From Oikopleura dioica (Eukaryota > Animalia > Chordata): DNA of 64,000 bases. The stretch lies in contig OU015568.1 in NCBI GenBank assembly GCA_907165135.1, forward strand, positions 3,162,001 to 3,226,000, given 5' to 3'. Numbering within the stretch: position 1 is the stretch's first letter; the number at the start of each line of letters is the position of its first letter. This document shows, in pieces, positions 1 through 11,705 of this stretch. Position numbers and translations under genes: made by a program. The notes beneath the pieces are model-generated. The model was not told where the DNA came from, searched no databases, and saw only the letters and a program-made list of their open reading frames with translations.

Positions 1-2317
1 TTTTGAATTAAGGCTGGCACACCCTTAATCGATCGTTAAAAATTTACTTTTTTTTTCAAGAAAATTACGATTTTGTCAGTTTCCTAACGTGTTTTCTAGC
101 TAAGAAAAAACCCGTAAGTGTTAAGAATTTTATCAGTTTTTATACTGGAGACAGTAATTAATCGTCTATCTTGGTTTTTTCACTTCGCTGAATCGCCTTA
201 ATTTCTTGCGCGATGATGTCCACAATATTCCATCGCCGAATATGACAAGAAATACTAAGAAAAAAAGAGAAGATGACAAGACGAACACGACCGAGAAGCG
301 CGATTTTGAGGTGGAGCGAATTCAATTCAGCAATTCCAGTTTTTTTTTCTTGAAACTCAAGTTACTTTTCCAAGCGGAAAGGGTATTTTTCGATCAATTT
401 TAACCTGTCCTAAGAAAGGGCGGAGAAAAAAATGTGACCTGGACTCGTACTTGAAGCTTTCGGAAAACGACTTCGATTAAGAAAATAGTCCTGGAGTGAC
501 ATTATCTAACACACGTCGCGGCTTTCCGATTTCGAAGGTGCGGTTGTTGTTGGAGGATAAGAGCGTAATGGTGAACGTACGCATTTCGGATGAGCGAACT
601 CGAGGGCTTAATAAATGCATGATGCAACAAGGTGATGTGTTAAGGGGATTGACCCGAGGAGAATCGATTTAATCGAACGTTAAAGTGGTGACACCCTTAT
701 TTATTATGAAATCAATGGAGGGGCCCATTATCTTGTAATGGGTTAAGTGGATATAAATCGTGTCTGAGGCCCGGTTTACTGTTATATGAGCTGTCATTAT
801 CAAATTGCATGAGATATGGTACTAACATGTGTAAATGATTATAGAACCAAATTGATACAAGATGAAATTTAAATCGATGAATAACGGAATAAGTTGAATC
901 GAGTTAAAAACAAATATTTTCAATATATTCAAGGATGACCGGTTGGTTTGTTCAAGCTTTTTTTTGAGTCGAAAAATCTTACAATTTTTGAGTCATAATT
1001 TTGAGTTCCGCTCAACGCGCAATGTTTTTACGATAAATTGCCGCCAGATGAGTCGTTTTTTGAACCTCTTTCTTATCGACAATGTTTTAACGTTTTAAGC
1101 CGATTGATTTGAAACATCCAAGTTTGAAGTTGGTATTGAATATTGTTAAAGAGCAACGGTTTTTATCCGTTGTTAACAATATTTGAAACGTCTCCAGTCT
1201 CCTCTGGACAAGTGGCGACAACGCAAGAGTACAGCGCAAATTCTTGTAATTCTCGAGGCGACCACATTCGATGATTGTGTCCCGGTCCGGAGCAGAAGCG
1301 AGATTACGAGATCAACTGACGTTTTTCAGATTTCAGCTGAGAATGGCCCGCTCCTTGATAGTCTCAACGATCCAATCTGCAGCGTCTTGAAGGAACCACG
1401 CTTAATTAAACAAACAGGGTGTTCGATAAACCGAACTTTTAAGAGCTGCATCTTCCCGGGCAAAAATGCACCTTAGTTCATGAGCAGCGTTAATTCATTC
1501 CAGAGTCGTTTTGATAATTGACCGGAAATCGACAATCATCATCAAACAAGTCCTGTTTGTATTCCCTCCTTTGTGATATCATGTTAAACTGAGCCGGCCC
1601 CTTGTTATTACGAGATTTGTCAACCCGCAGTACGGTTTCTCCTCACGTGAGCGCACTCAGAAGAAGAAGATCCGAACGGTCTCACCCGTCGCCGTCTTAA
1701 AAACATTCTTGGTCGGCTTGAGACGCCTTTGCTCAGTAAAAAAATGCGATTCGCGAAATTAACCAACGCTGGGGGTTGCATGACGAGAATGATGAAAAAT
1801 GAAGGGGAAATGCCATTTCAACATATTTTTCGCATACATTGACTTTTTCAAAGCACGTGGTTTTTCTGGGGCAGCTCAAAATTAGACTAAAGTTCAATCA
1901 TTTTCATTCTCCAGATTTTCGATTATGATGTCTACCCCCTTAATCGACGAAAACAAATTAGAAAGAGCCCTCCTTATTACTGAGACGTGTCAAGCTTAAG
2001 TGCCTCCATTTCAGTCTCAAAAACGTGGCCTAATTTATCCTCCTCCTCATCAATCTCTCGAGCGCTCCTCTCTAAAAATATGAACAAGCATCAAATGTTT
2101 CGATAACAATTGCAAGAGGAAGTGATCTTTTTTCCCGGAACATTCATGTAACGTGCATGGTTGCGCAAATAATTTCATTTTGTTAAACACCCCTTCCGCT
2201 CTGGCAATAAATTTTTATTGCCAAAAAACCACTCAATTTTCTTTCTTATAAACACTGTTACATGCTTACTGTATATTTTTTGAATAGTTTCAGACTGAAT
2301 ACTTGCGTAATTTCGTT

Positions 2318-2551
2318 CAGCTGAGCTGAGTTGAGCTAAGCTGAGTTGAACTAAGCTGAGTTGAGTTGAACTAAGCTGAGTTGAGCTGAGCTAAGCTAAG
2401 TTGAGCTGAGCTGAGCTGAGCAGAGTTGAGCTGAGCTGAGTTGAGCTGAGCTGAGTTGAGCTAAGTTGATTTGAGCTGAGCAGAGTGAGTTGAGCTGAGA
2501 TAAGCTGAGCTGAGGTAAGCTGAGCTGAGTTGAACTGAGCTGAATTGAGTT
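2318..2551. repeat. Pentamer minisatellite (GAGCT/GAGTT/AAGCT)n
   Basis: About 230 bp of near-continuous GAGCT, GAGTT and AAGCT units, ending 6 bp before a MITE. Confidence 0.95.
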
Positions 2552-2557
2552 ATCTTA

Positions 2558-2761
2558 CAGTGGTATGAGCAGTTTCCGCACCCCTACGATTTTGAAAAAA
2601 TACACAGTAAATTTCTGAAAACTCTTTTTATTGTATTTTATCCTTATAGAAAATAGCGTGAGAAACTCATTACAGGAAACAGAAATCAAATATCATACCT
2701 GACACAAAAGATATGAATTTTTAGACGAAAAATAGGGGTGCGGAAACCGCTCACACCACTG
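2558..2761. mobile_element. Tc1/mariner-type MITE (204 bp)
   Basis: TIR CAGTGGTATGAGCAGTTTCCGCACCCCTA / TAGGGGTGCGGAAACCGCTCACACCACTG (29 bp, 2 mismatches), TA on both sides (2556-2557, 2762-2763); CAGTG start is typical of Tc1. Confidence 0.85.
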
Positions 2762-4047
2762 TACCTTTAATTATAATGTAGAGCAAGAATCTTTTGGTTA
2801 ATATGCGCATCATAAAAATCTCCATGTTTATTGGATAATGCGATTTGTAAAATTCCATGTTCGCGAAACGTATAAATCCGCATCTGGGACCTGAACCATG
2901 ACGCGAAATCTGAAAATCTTCCGCGAAGATGAGCATCAGCTTCGTTTTGAAGTACTCAAATTGAGTTAGCCGAAACATAACGTTTCGATTTGTTGTGATT
3001 TGATCAGAATTTGTCGCTTTGGAAATACAACTGGGAGGGGTCTACTATAAGTTTTGGAAACCGACTCGCTTCCTGAAATTTTTAATTTAATTGAAGAAAA
3101 TGCTATGGCGAGACTCCTTTTCTTTGGCTGAGAAAGGAACACGAAGATATGAGAGTCAAGATCAGGAATTCAAAGAATGATGGAGGAAATGGACCGGTAA
3201 ATATCATCGAAGAATTTCGATTGCCCTATTTTGACTCATAAATGATAGGGTTCTTTTTCTTGAGTGATTATTTTCGTCGACTTTCGATTGATAAATTGAC
3301 AAAACGAAATTATCAAACTGGCATATAAAATTTGAAACTTGCTCCAGTTGTTGTATTGATACAACACTGGATTGAAACTTTGATATGCAAAAAGATATGC
3401 AACGAATTTCGAGTTTTCTTAGAGTTTTTTGTCGCTGCGACTTTTTGAACTTACGCAGCGGATTTGGCCAAGATCGATAATTTTAATTGCCAAAATGAAG
3501 CAAAATAATTTCCTTATCAACATCACGCATGGCACTTTTTAGCGTAAGTTCACGAGTTGGTGTTTTCAAAACTCGAAAAAGGCGGCTCACGTTTACGGCC
3601 GTTCCATAATTTCATCAGCTCTAGAAAACGCGAGTTCCACGAGCTCTCGGCCTCAGTTTTTCGCCAAAATACGGTCCAAAATTATAACAGATTTTTGATT
3701 AATGAAATCGACCCCGCGCCGCTACTTTTGATTATCAACAAAAATTCGCTCGATTCGGTAATTATTTTTTATTGCGCTCCAACATGCGGGTCTAAGCCAG
3801 GTTGTCTAATAGTTTTTGTCGAGTCCAGAATCGCTTGTTCCTGCGAGATCACCAGCCAGGTCTCAAAAATTGTCATTTCAGGGCTTTTTTTGACTTACCA
3901 AAAGGCCGCAAACAATGATGCAAATAAGAAGTTGAAACTGAAATTTCAAGAATTCCTTCAAAATTGTCTTCAACAAAACCCGATATTTATAATTTTCGAG
4001 AAATTTTTTTAAGCTTTTTTTATTGAAAAATTATTTTCTTTTCTTAA

Positions 4048-4712
4048 GGGGGAGGTGGTCGGTTTTAGAGACCTCTTTTAACAAGCCTAACTGCCTGAAT
4101 TCATTATGAAACATTTTTATTCGACTATTTTCTGATAGAAAAGGGTTGAATAGAGAGGCCAACGTGGAGAAAATTGAAAAAAAAAAATTTTCGATGTTGG
4201 AAAAAATTTTGGTCAAAGTGGACCCTACTCTTAACAAGGATTCCGGCCAAACCCTCAAAAATTTTAAAAATTTTACTAATGGAAAATATTCTTCAGACGA
4301 ATATCTAGAGGCCAACGTGGAGAAAAAATAGGGTTGCTATGGTAATTAAGGTCGTAACGGCCGATTTAAAAATGTCGTTTTTGCTAAAAATCGTTATTTT
4401 TCACTAATTTTTATTGAAATTTTCCACAAAATAGCCAAAACCCGTAATTTTTTGAAATTAATAGTTTGAATCTGATAAAAAAAATTTATTACCCATAAGA
4501 AAATAAAGTTCTATTGGTTTAAATGCGAAAAAAACAAATTCTTAAATTCCGAAAAATCTCGACTTCATGGCCTAAAATCAAAAATTTTCAATATTAAAGT
4601 TAATCTAATCAAAAAAAGGTAGGGACCAAAAATGTTCCTTTTTGATCGAGGATTCCAAAAATATTAGTAAAATTTTAAAAAGTCGATAAAAAATTTCTCG
4701 ACCACCTCCCCC
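4048..4712. mobile_element. Non-autonomous DNA transposon with TTAA TSD (Kolobok-like)
   Basis: TTAA-GGGGGAGGTGGTCG...CGACCACCTCCCCC-TTAA (14 bp perfect TIR); subterminal inverted AAAATTTTACTAAT; internal direct repeat AGAGGCCAACGTGGAGAAAA. TTAA TSD with RR..YY termini fits Kolobok rather than piggyBac. Confidence 0.85.
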
Positions 4713-6789
4713 TTAAGGACCAAATGCAGTCAGGAGTTCCAATTTGTTTCATTTTTTCACATTTCTGCTATTTACCCCACAGGAATCACTTAAAAACCCC
4801 TCTTTGGTGGCGCACTGTACACTTAGAATTATCAAGATCCAGCTGCGAGGTTGATAAAAAAAATTGATAAGACTTAAAGCGGGCAAAAAATTTAACGCTC
4901 ACAACTTACAGTCATTTGTAAGATACTTCCTCTTGCCCGTTTTTAACCGTTACAAATTTTTGTCAAATAGAAAATTATTTGAACCAGCTCAACTCAATTT
5001 TAAATCAATTTTTGCGGCTTCTTTAGCTCCATGAGAATTTTGGCAATAATTTCCCCCATACTTAGAAAAATTGAAGACTATTTCCTTGATCGAACTTTGC
5101 TCTGCATCTTCATCAGCAAAAACCCTTTTAATTTCTCGTCGATTCATCATTTGATATTTGTCTTTTTTGACGTGGAAAAATCGGTTTTTCATTTTAAAAT
5201 AAGATCTGATTCAGTCTGATCGACAAGAGATCACTGTATTCATCAGCAAGATCGACAGACGGATTGATGAGGAAAACTGTTGAGGCAGAAATGAGCACTG
5301 AATTTATAAAACAAAAAAAGGTACACGTTCGAAGAGGATTTTCGTACGTTTGAATATACACAGAGTGCCAGGGTTAGAAATAAAGCCTAATAAATATACG
5401 GGCACTGGAATATGCAGATCCCCGTTTTTCTTATGTTTCTCCTACAGCGCAGTCTTTATATAACAAAAATTCTTATCAAGCCTTTGATTGGTCAAAATCT
5501 ATTCAAGAACCCTTTCAATTCTTTTTTCGACTCGAAAACCTTGAATTTCTAGCTTTGTCTCTCCGACAAAGCTCTTTTTTGTCTAGTTTTTTTTTATTTT
5601 CCGGTTCAAAGCGTATTCTGCAACCTTTATTATTCTGTCTGATTCCGAACTAAAGACCAACCACACGAAAATTATTATTTGTGTTGAGCCCTAAATTACC
5701 TCCCTTTAACAAATTGTGGGCAGTACCGATGCTTGTAACGTGAATAAGCGGAAAATAAACTGTTGCGCAAAAACGAAATATCGTTTGAGAAGAAGTTAAA
5801 AAGTCGTTTATGAACGCGAGAAAAACTTGAGCTTCTGGACCGGTCATAATTGAAGGAGATTATTGGGGGCGACTTTGGGCTCATTTCTAGAGCAGGATTG
5901 GTTTTCAAGTTTCTACAGTGCGTTCTTTTGTTACCTTCGAAACTCTACTGTTCATGAGTGTTCGCGTTTCCGATAAGCAAATTCTGAACTTTGATAAGTG
6001 AAAAAAATGGGGTTGCCAGCTTCGAAACTGACAAACTTGTCTAGTTTGAATCTTCGTTGAACCGATAACCCGAATGCAGAGTGAAAGAGCTCGTTTAGAA
6101 ACGAAACCATCGAGATTTTAAACTTTGAAATCTTCAAAAATTCTAAAAAATTGAAGTGGAGAAATGTGGAAAGAGGTTGATTGGGGGGATTTCAAAAGGG
6201 ATCAAGTGCGAGTTCCATCTTGCATTTGAAACCAAATGGTCAACAGTTTTAATTTTAGAAAAATTAATGAAAAAAGCTTTGACTTGAACAAAAATGAAGC
6301 TGCTGAAATTTTCTTAATGAATTTCGAGGTTCACGAATTTTTTATGCCCCCCACTTTCTTGAGGCGAATTTTATTCGATTGGAGGTATTTTCCCGTCCCT
6401 TTTCAAAAAAGAAGCCGTTCCATTTTCAAGTACGCCGAAAAAGACCCGTAATTATGACGCGCCAGAATTCGGCCAAACAAGATTTTCACCATTTTTCTTT
6501 TCAACACCTGCTTCTCGTTCTTTTTACTTTTGGATCATTTTCGCGAAATATTCGCGTAAACTCACGCACTCGAAATGAACTTCAGCGGCCCGGCCACTTT
6601 CAATGATTATAATTTTGGATCAATTTTGGTTAATTTGGGGAGCAGCTGTTTATAAACTTCGAAATTCAAACGTGTTTTCGGGCTCGAGTGCGCAGAAAAC
6701 GCCCAAAAACCAGCTTTTTTCTGAAAAAAAATGAAATTTCTTGCAAAAAATGAGCAGGAGCTCCTAAAAACGCTCATAAAAAACTTACA

Positions 6790-7002
6790 CGGGCGTGGAC
6801 TCGTTAGGCATTCTCCCCAGTCATTCTAGCGACCACAGAGCGCGTGGGTATCTTTCGTCCTGGTCAGGTTCAAGTGGCACCCTAAATCTGTTTTTCCTAA
6901 CGGGACAGGGTGGAAAGACAGATTGGAAGGCGACGCAACCAAGTGCTTGAGGTTTCTTCATCTATGCGACACCGCGGTTTGATGCATAAATTGACGATCT
7001 AG
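6790..7002. other. GC-rich structured island (13-bp hairpin, hammerhead-like fragments, Helitron-like end)
   Basis: AATCTGTTTTTCC (6885-6897) pairs with GGAAAGACAGATT (6912-6924); TATGC..GCATA hairpin ends 10 nt before CTAG|T (6999-7002); minus strand carries GGACGAAA and CTAACGAGTCC. Confidence 0.4.
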
Positions 7003-8449
7003 TTTTTCAGCACGATTTTTTCACAGATTTTTCAGAATATTTTTATATCGGGATTTTTTGTAATTATTTTTAATATTTTTTTCGATGAAAAAAGTCGAGT
7101 CTTGAATATTTCTTTGTCACGTTCTTTTGATCTTTTGAACCTTTTGAGCCGAAAAAAAGCCTGATGAAAAACAGCTCAATCAACGAAAGTACGGAGAAGA
7201 ATCGTCGCATGAGGCCTTAATCCCCTTATTGTTATGTAATGTTTGTCAGTTGAGCAAAGTGCCTGGCCCATCAAAAGGACAACTAGCGGTTCAACGATTG
7301 AGTGAAAGAAAATCAAGCCCAAACATGAGCATTACTGTACCTCTACGTTTCGAGACAATTACCCTTAAGCTAATTAGTAAAGTCTTTTTGAGTTTTTGAG
7401 AAAACGCACATTTTAAAAGGGGGTGTTTGATGTTACAGATGTTGTTTTCCGCGCAACAATCGTTGATTGATTAAGAACCCAAATCGATGTCTATTTAAAA
7501 TAGACTTATTAAACTTAATTTCCTGTAATGTCACGTTTCTTTCGCTTTTTTGATAATTGTTTCTCGGAGTTTATGTAATGGTAAGTTCGAGAAAATGAAA
7601 ACAAAGCAAGGTTTTTATAATTAAAAAGGATGAACGAGTAAATTTCTTTGAAAAAGTTGAATTCAGATGTTTAATTGCTTTATGAAAGCGGTCTTATATC
7701 AGTGTTATGAGATTAAAGACCGAGTTTTTTTATGTGAACCAGAGAAATTTTCCTAGTACAGGAGGAAATTCAGTCAAACTGGGGCTAAGATTGTGATTGA
7801 AATAAAAATTTATTGCCGAGCTTATCAGTATTGTTATCGGGTGAAATTTTGATCAAGTAGGCAGGCTGGGTCGCTGCTAGATAATTCAAATTTTCAGCTG
7901 TTCGTTTTCATGTTTGGGAATATGAGAACATTCGAAATAGTCACTCTAAGTCGTATTTTTGAGATAAACCTGAATTTGGAAAAATATGAAATTTTTAGAA
8001 CGCGACAGCTCAAAAACAAGAGGTTTTTTCAAATTCTCTTTTTGAACTTGATAAAAATGTGCTTTTTTTCGCTTGACAAAGAATGGTTGATGAGCTACAA
8101 GTCATTTTTCAAACAACTTCGTCTAGCATCAGTCCAACAACAGCATCAGCAACACTCTCGCCAGACAAAACAATTTTTCCATCTTTTCAAACAGCAGCAC
8201 CATACAACTGGAACAACAAATACCATGAAAACAACAAGTTAAACAATAATCTCATCAACAGATACAAATTTATATCTGATACAAGCAACTCTTTTAACCT
8301 CATCTTCTTTTTTCTTTTCCACCAAAAACAACAATAATCAAAATTTCAACATCGGGTTCATTCGCAAAAATCATCCTCAATGAAGAAAAATTAATAAAGA
8401 GCATTGATCATCGAAAAATCATTGATCGAACATGCCAATTTTATACTGT

Positions 8450-8880
8450 AAAGGACTAAAAGGTTATCCAAAAGGCTTGTTTCTGCGGTATTTGCTGATG
8501 AATGTTCCAGCTCAGTCAGCAGTACTCACTCTTGGATTAGTCAGCAACCACAGTGCGACCTTCTAAAATCGCATCTCCGTGGTAATTAGTACACGAACAC
8601 CAATCTGCCCTGCATCTACTCATCATCACTGGAATTTCGCTGTCTCAATAATTATTTTATTCCTTGTACAACCACGTCATTATTGGTCTTTTTCTTGACG
8701 GGATGAAAAAGTCTCTTTTGTCGTAATTTCCTGAAAGTCAGAGTATCAAGAAAGACCCTGTGCACACAGGGTGTCGAACCCGTTACTTACCTGGACGACG
8801 TAGATCATTGACAGTTCTGCCATGAACCAGATCATCGAAAGAAAGGGAAGAAGAAGCAGATTTATCGACTGAAAAAAAGA
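8450..8880 (-). CDS. Hypothetical multi-exon gene fragment
   Basis: Clean exon TTTTTCAG|...CCAG|GTAAGT at ~8790-8872 reading DKSASSSLSFDDLVHGRTVNDLRRP, plus further short open exons; no recognisable domain. Confidence 0.25.
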
Positions 8881-9986
8881 AGAAGAGAATTCGAATGTTC
8901 ATTTTTGAAGTTTTCTGAACTCGAAGCTGCTTTTAAATACTTTGAGTGATATTTTTTCTGGTGATGCAAACAGCATTAATTTTTCAAACAAATTCGCAAG
9001 TGCGATTTCCTCAGCACGTTGCTTTTGTTTGTGGTTCTTTCTGCGTATCTTTTCGATAAGGGTGTCATATAAGAGTAAAAAGGAAAAAAGCAACCCTTCA
9101 AAGCTTATTTGAAATATAAAATGCCATGAATAATTGATCAGGAGGGCTAAAATAGGTGAAAAGATAAACAAAATGCTTGCGTGGACTTTTTCTGAGAAAA
9201 AAAAAAGAGTGACTCCCTTATTTTACTTACTGTCTCTGAAGATATTCGGTCATTGATGACCGAAAAGAAAAGCTTACGTGTAAAAGTATTATTTCCAGCG
9301 AAATTCCGGAAAAGGAAGTGGTAAATTGACATCTTCATTTTTCTTCCAAAACCAGTCAAGCAAAATAAAACTCTAAAGCGGAAGAAAAACACGGAAATTT
9401 CATCCTCACTTCCGCCGGAGTTTCAGGAATTTGTCCGCTGAGACCGTTAAAATTCTCTTATTGAACAGTTCCGCCTGTTTTTTTTTTGCGAATTTTTCAC
9501 GTGACAGTTAAATGTTATTAGTCGACATATTGGATGCCTCCTGAAAAGTGATCATAGCGTTCTTTAGAAAAAAATATTTTTAGAAGATTGCGCCTGCAAG
9601 CTATCAATCATGGTTTCTTACGCGGCGCGAAATTTCTTTCTTGCATAAATTCATGCTTCAAGATGCTTTTAACTAGAATACAACATCGGCGAAGAACGTT
9701 TTTGAAAAATTATTGCTTTGGGTGCAACAAAAATGACTGTCTTTTCATGTATCTGTCAACAGATTTACAATCCTCTCTGTATCCTCTAAGGATGAGTTTA
9801 TCAGAGGGATCTTAGGACGCGACAAAAAAGGAGAGTTCGAAAACCAGTATTTACTTTAGTAAACCCTTGAAACCCTTATTTTTCTACCTTTTTCAAGACT
9901 TTTAAGATTCTATCATTTACGGATAAGGCTACGTGGCCCAAGGTGAAAGAAGGGGACACATGCAGGAAGATTGATGATCAGCAAGG

Positions 9987-10530
9987 CTACCCCCTATTTA
10001 ACTTATTTTTTAGAAAAAATATTTCTTGAGCCCCTTTTGAGACCAATTTCGAAACCAGTTCTTTTTGCAGGTGTGATTTATCTCCGAAAAAATCCCGTGA
10101 ATACAAATCTGAACGAGCGAATCTGGTAAAAGAGCCGGGTAGACTTATGACAGTCTCTTTCGTAAAAGAGCAGCGCGGTCGATTCAGCATCAAATCCACG
10201 TGAACCGAAAATTGGCGTTCGGCTAAGACCGGCGAAGATGCTAATGCACGTTGCCAATTTTTTGCGATTCTCCTTATCTAATAATCGTTAATCCTCAAGT
10301 CAGAGAGCCTCTCGCTTTCAAACTGACCTTTCTGGGGTCAATTTGAGTAGCAATTTGGTCGCCACAGAACTTTCGAAGAATCAAACGTCTGAAATAAACT
10401 TTTTAATGATTAAAAAATTACTCGGCCTGTGTTGTTGAATAGAACTTGTTCCATCCGCTGCCAACTGCCGAAATTTGACCAGTGCTGCGGCGATAATGGC
10501 GCAGACGATTGCGGGAATTTTCAATTAGCG
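9987..10530 (-). CDS. Hypothetical multi-exon gene fragment
   Basis: GT-AG micro-introns join exons in frame: ...STTQAE/RLILRKFCGDQIATQIDPRK/IRRIAKNWQRALASSPVLAERQFSVHVDLMLNRPRC...; no homology recognised. Confidence 0.3.
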
Positions 10531-10789
10531 AAACAAGCCAGAAAAGATTGGCTCAGGGCAGAAGATGATTGCTGTCATTACCGAGGCACCAATTGAGCAT
10601 CATCAAAAATCACAAGAGAGGAAACTTCTTTGAAGCTTATCTTTCTTGGAGAAGACGAAAAATGCCCTGAGAAAGCGATAACACTTGAAAACATGCATTT
10701 TTTGTGCAATCATGAATTTCAAACTTTCGTCCTGCCTAAGAAAAATCGCTTTTGAAGAAGCCTTTGTTAACAATTTTCATTAAACCAGT

Positions 10790-11020
10790 TTTCATGAGTG
10801 AAGGTTGATGATCTGCTCTTTTTTGAAATCCTTTCGGCAGGTTGGGCAGTCCTTCTCAAGAAGGCTGAAGATGCATCTGTGGCAGGATCAAACATGAAGC
10901 CAAGACCTTAGATATCTGCTGAAGCGGAGGTTTAGGTTAAGTTGGCCCAACTTAGTTGGACGACATGATTTTTTTCTTCATAAAAAGAAGATTTTGAAGC
11001 AATTTGGAATAAAAAGATTA
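10790..11020 (-). pseudogene. Decayed C-terminal RING finger remnant
   Basis: Reads LHV*SCHRCIFSLLEKDCPTCRKDFKKEQIINLHS*, resembling the intact RING at 37.2 kb but with an in-frame TGA and the first Cys pairs degraded. Confidence 0.5.
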
Positions 11021-11705
11021 AGCAATTAAATCATCCCTATCTAAAGAATAATCATCACATAACCGCCGTCTCATCAACATAAATCTTATTGAAATTGGTT
11101 GGCATGCTTCTTAATTATTCTTTGTAATAATCAAACGATGATAATCAAGTCGACACAATCGTCCTAATACAAGTATCGAAAACGCTGATGATTATTCAAA
11201 TGACAATGCTGACGAATTTAACTCTTTGAAATCAAGGATGAGAATTTCCTTGGTTGCCCAAATCGAATGCATTTTCAAAATATTCTAAAAGGCCTTTTAA
11301 AGTCGTCATTATCTAAAAATAATGTATCCAAGTCAGCTGTCTTTTCTTCCGAATGAACAAATACATCAGACAAACGATTAAACACGCTTGATTTATAAAG
11401 ATAATAGCTTTCAATCATTGAAAAAGGGTTGAACCGATAGACCTCCGTGAGGCTTATCCGTATTTTTCCTAGACACCTGCATATTGTTTTAATAGAAAAG
11501 GGAAGATTCAATTTCAATACTGCATTTATTCATCGCCAAACTGATTGATTCGCAAATAACTAAAAGGACAGTTTCGCATTTTCAAAGAATTTCTGAAGAT
11601 CGTCAAAATCAGCGGCGTTGTGCCAGGAATGCTCGTCACCTTCGTAGTGAGCATCCATAGTTCGTCTTCTACGAGCGAATTCGTTTTCAAGCTTTGCTTC
11701 CAGAG

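Noticed and set aside
955-1010. Spliced-leader RNA gene (TTTTTGAGTC resembles part of the Oikopleura SL)
   Set aside because: Only a short match; the rest of the leader and a donor site are absent
3557-4331. ORFs 3557-4012, 4031-4315 and 4146-4331 as genes or transposase
   Set aside because: No domain motifs; two lie within a non-autonomous element
8755-8800. tRNA (minus-strand CGGGTTCGACACCC T-arm) or U1 snRNA (ACTTACCTGG)
   Set aside because: No acceptor or D stem can be formed; ACTTACCTG is simply the reverse complement of a CAG|GTAAGT donor
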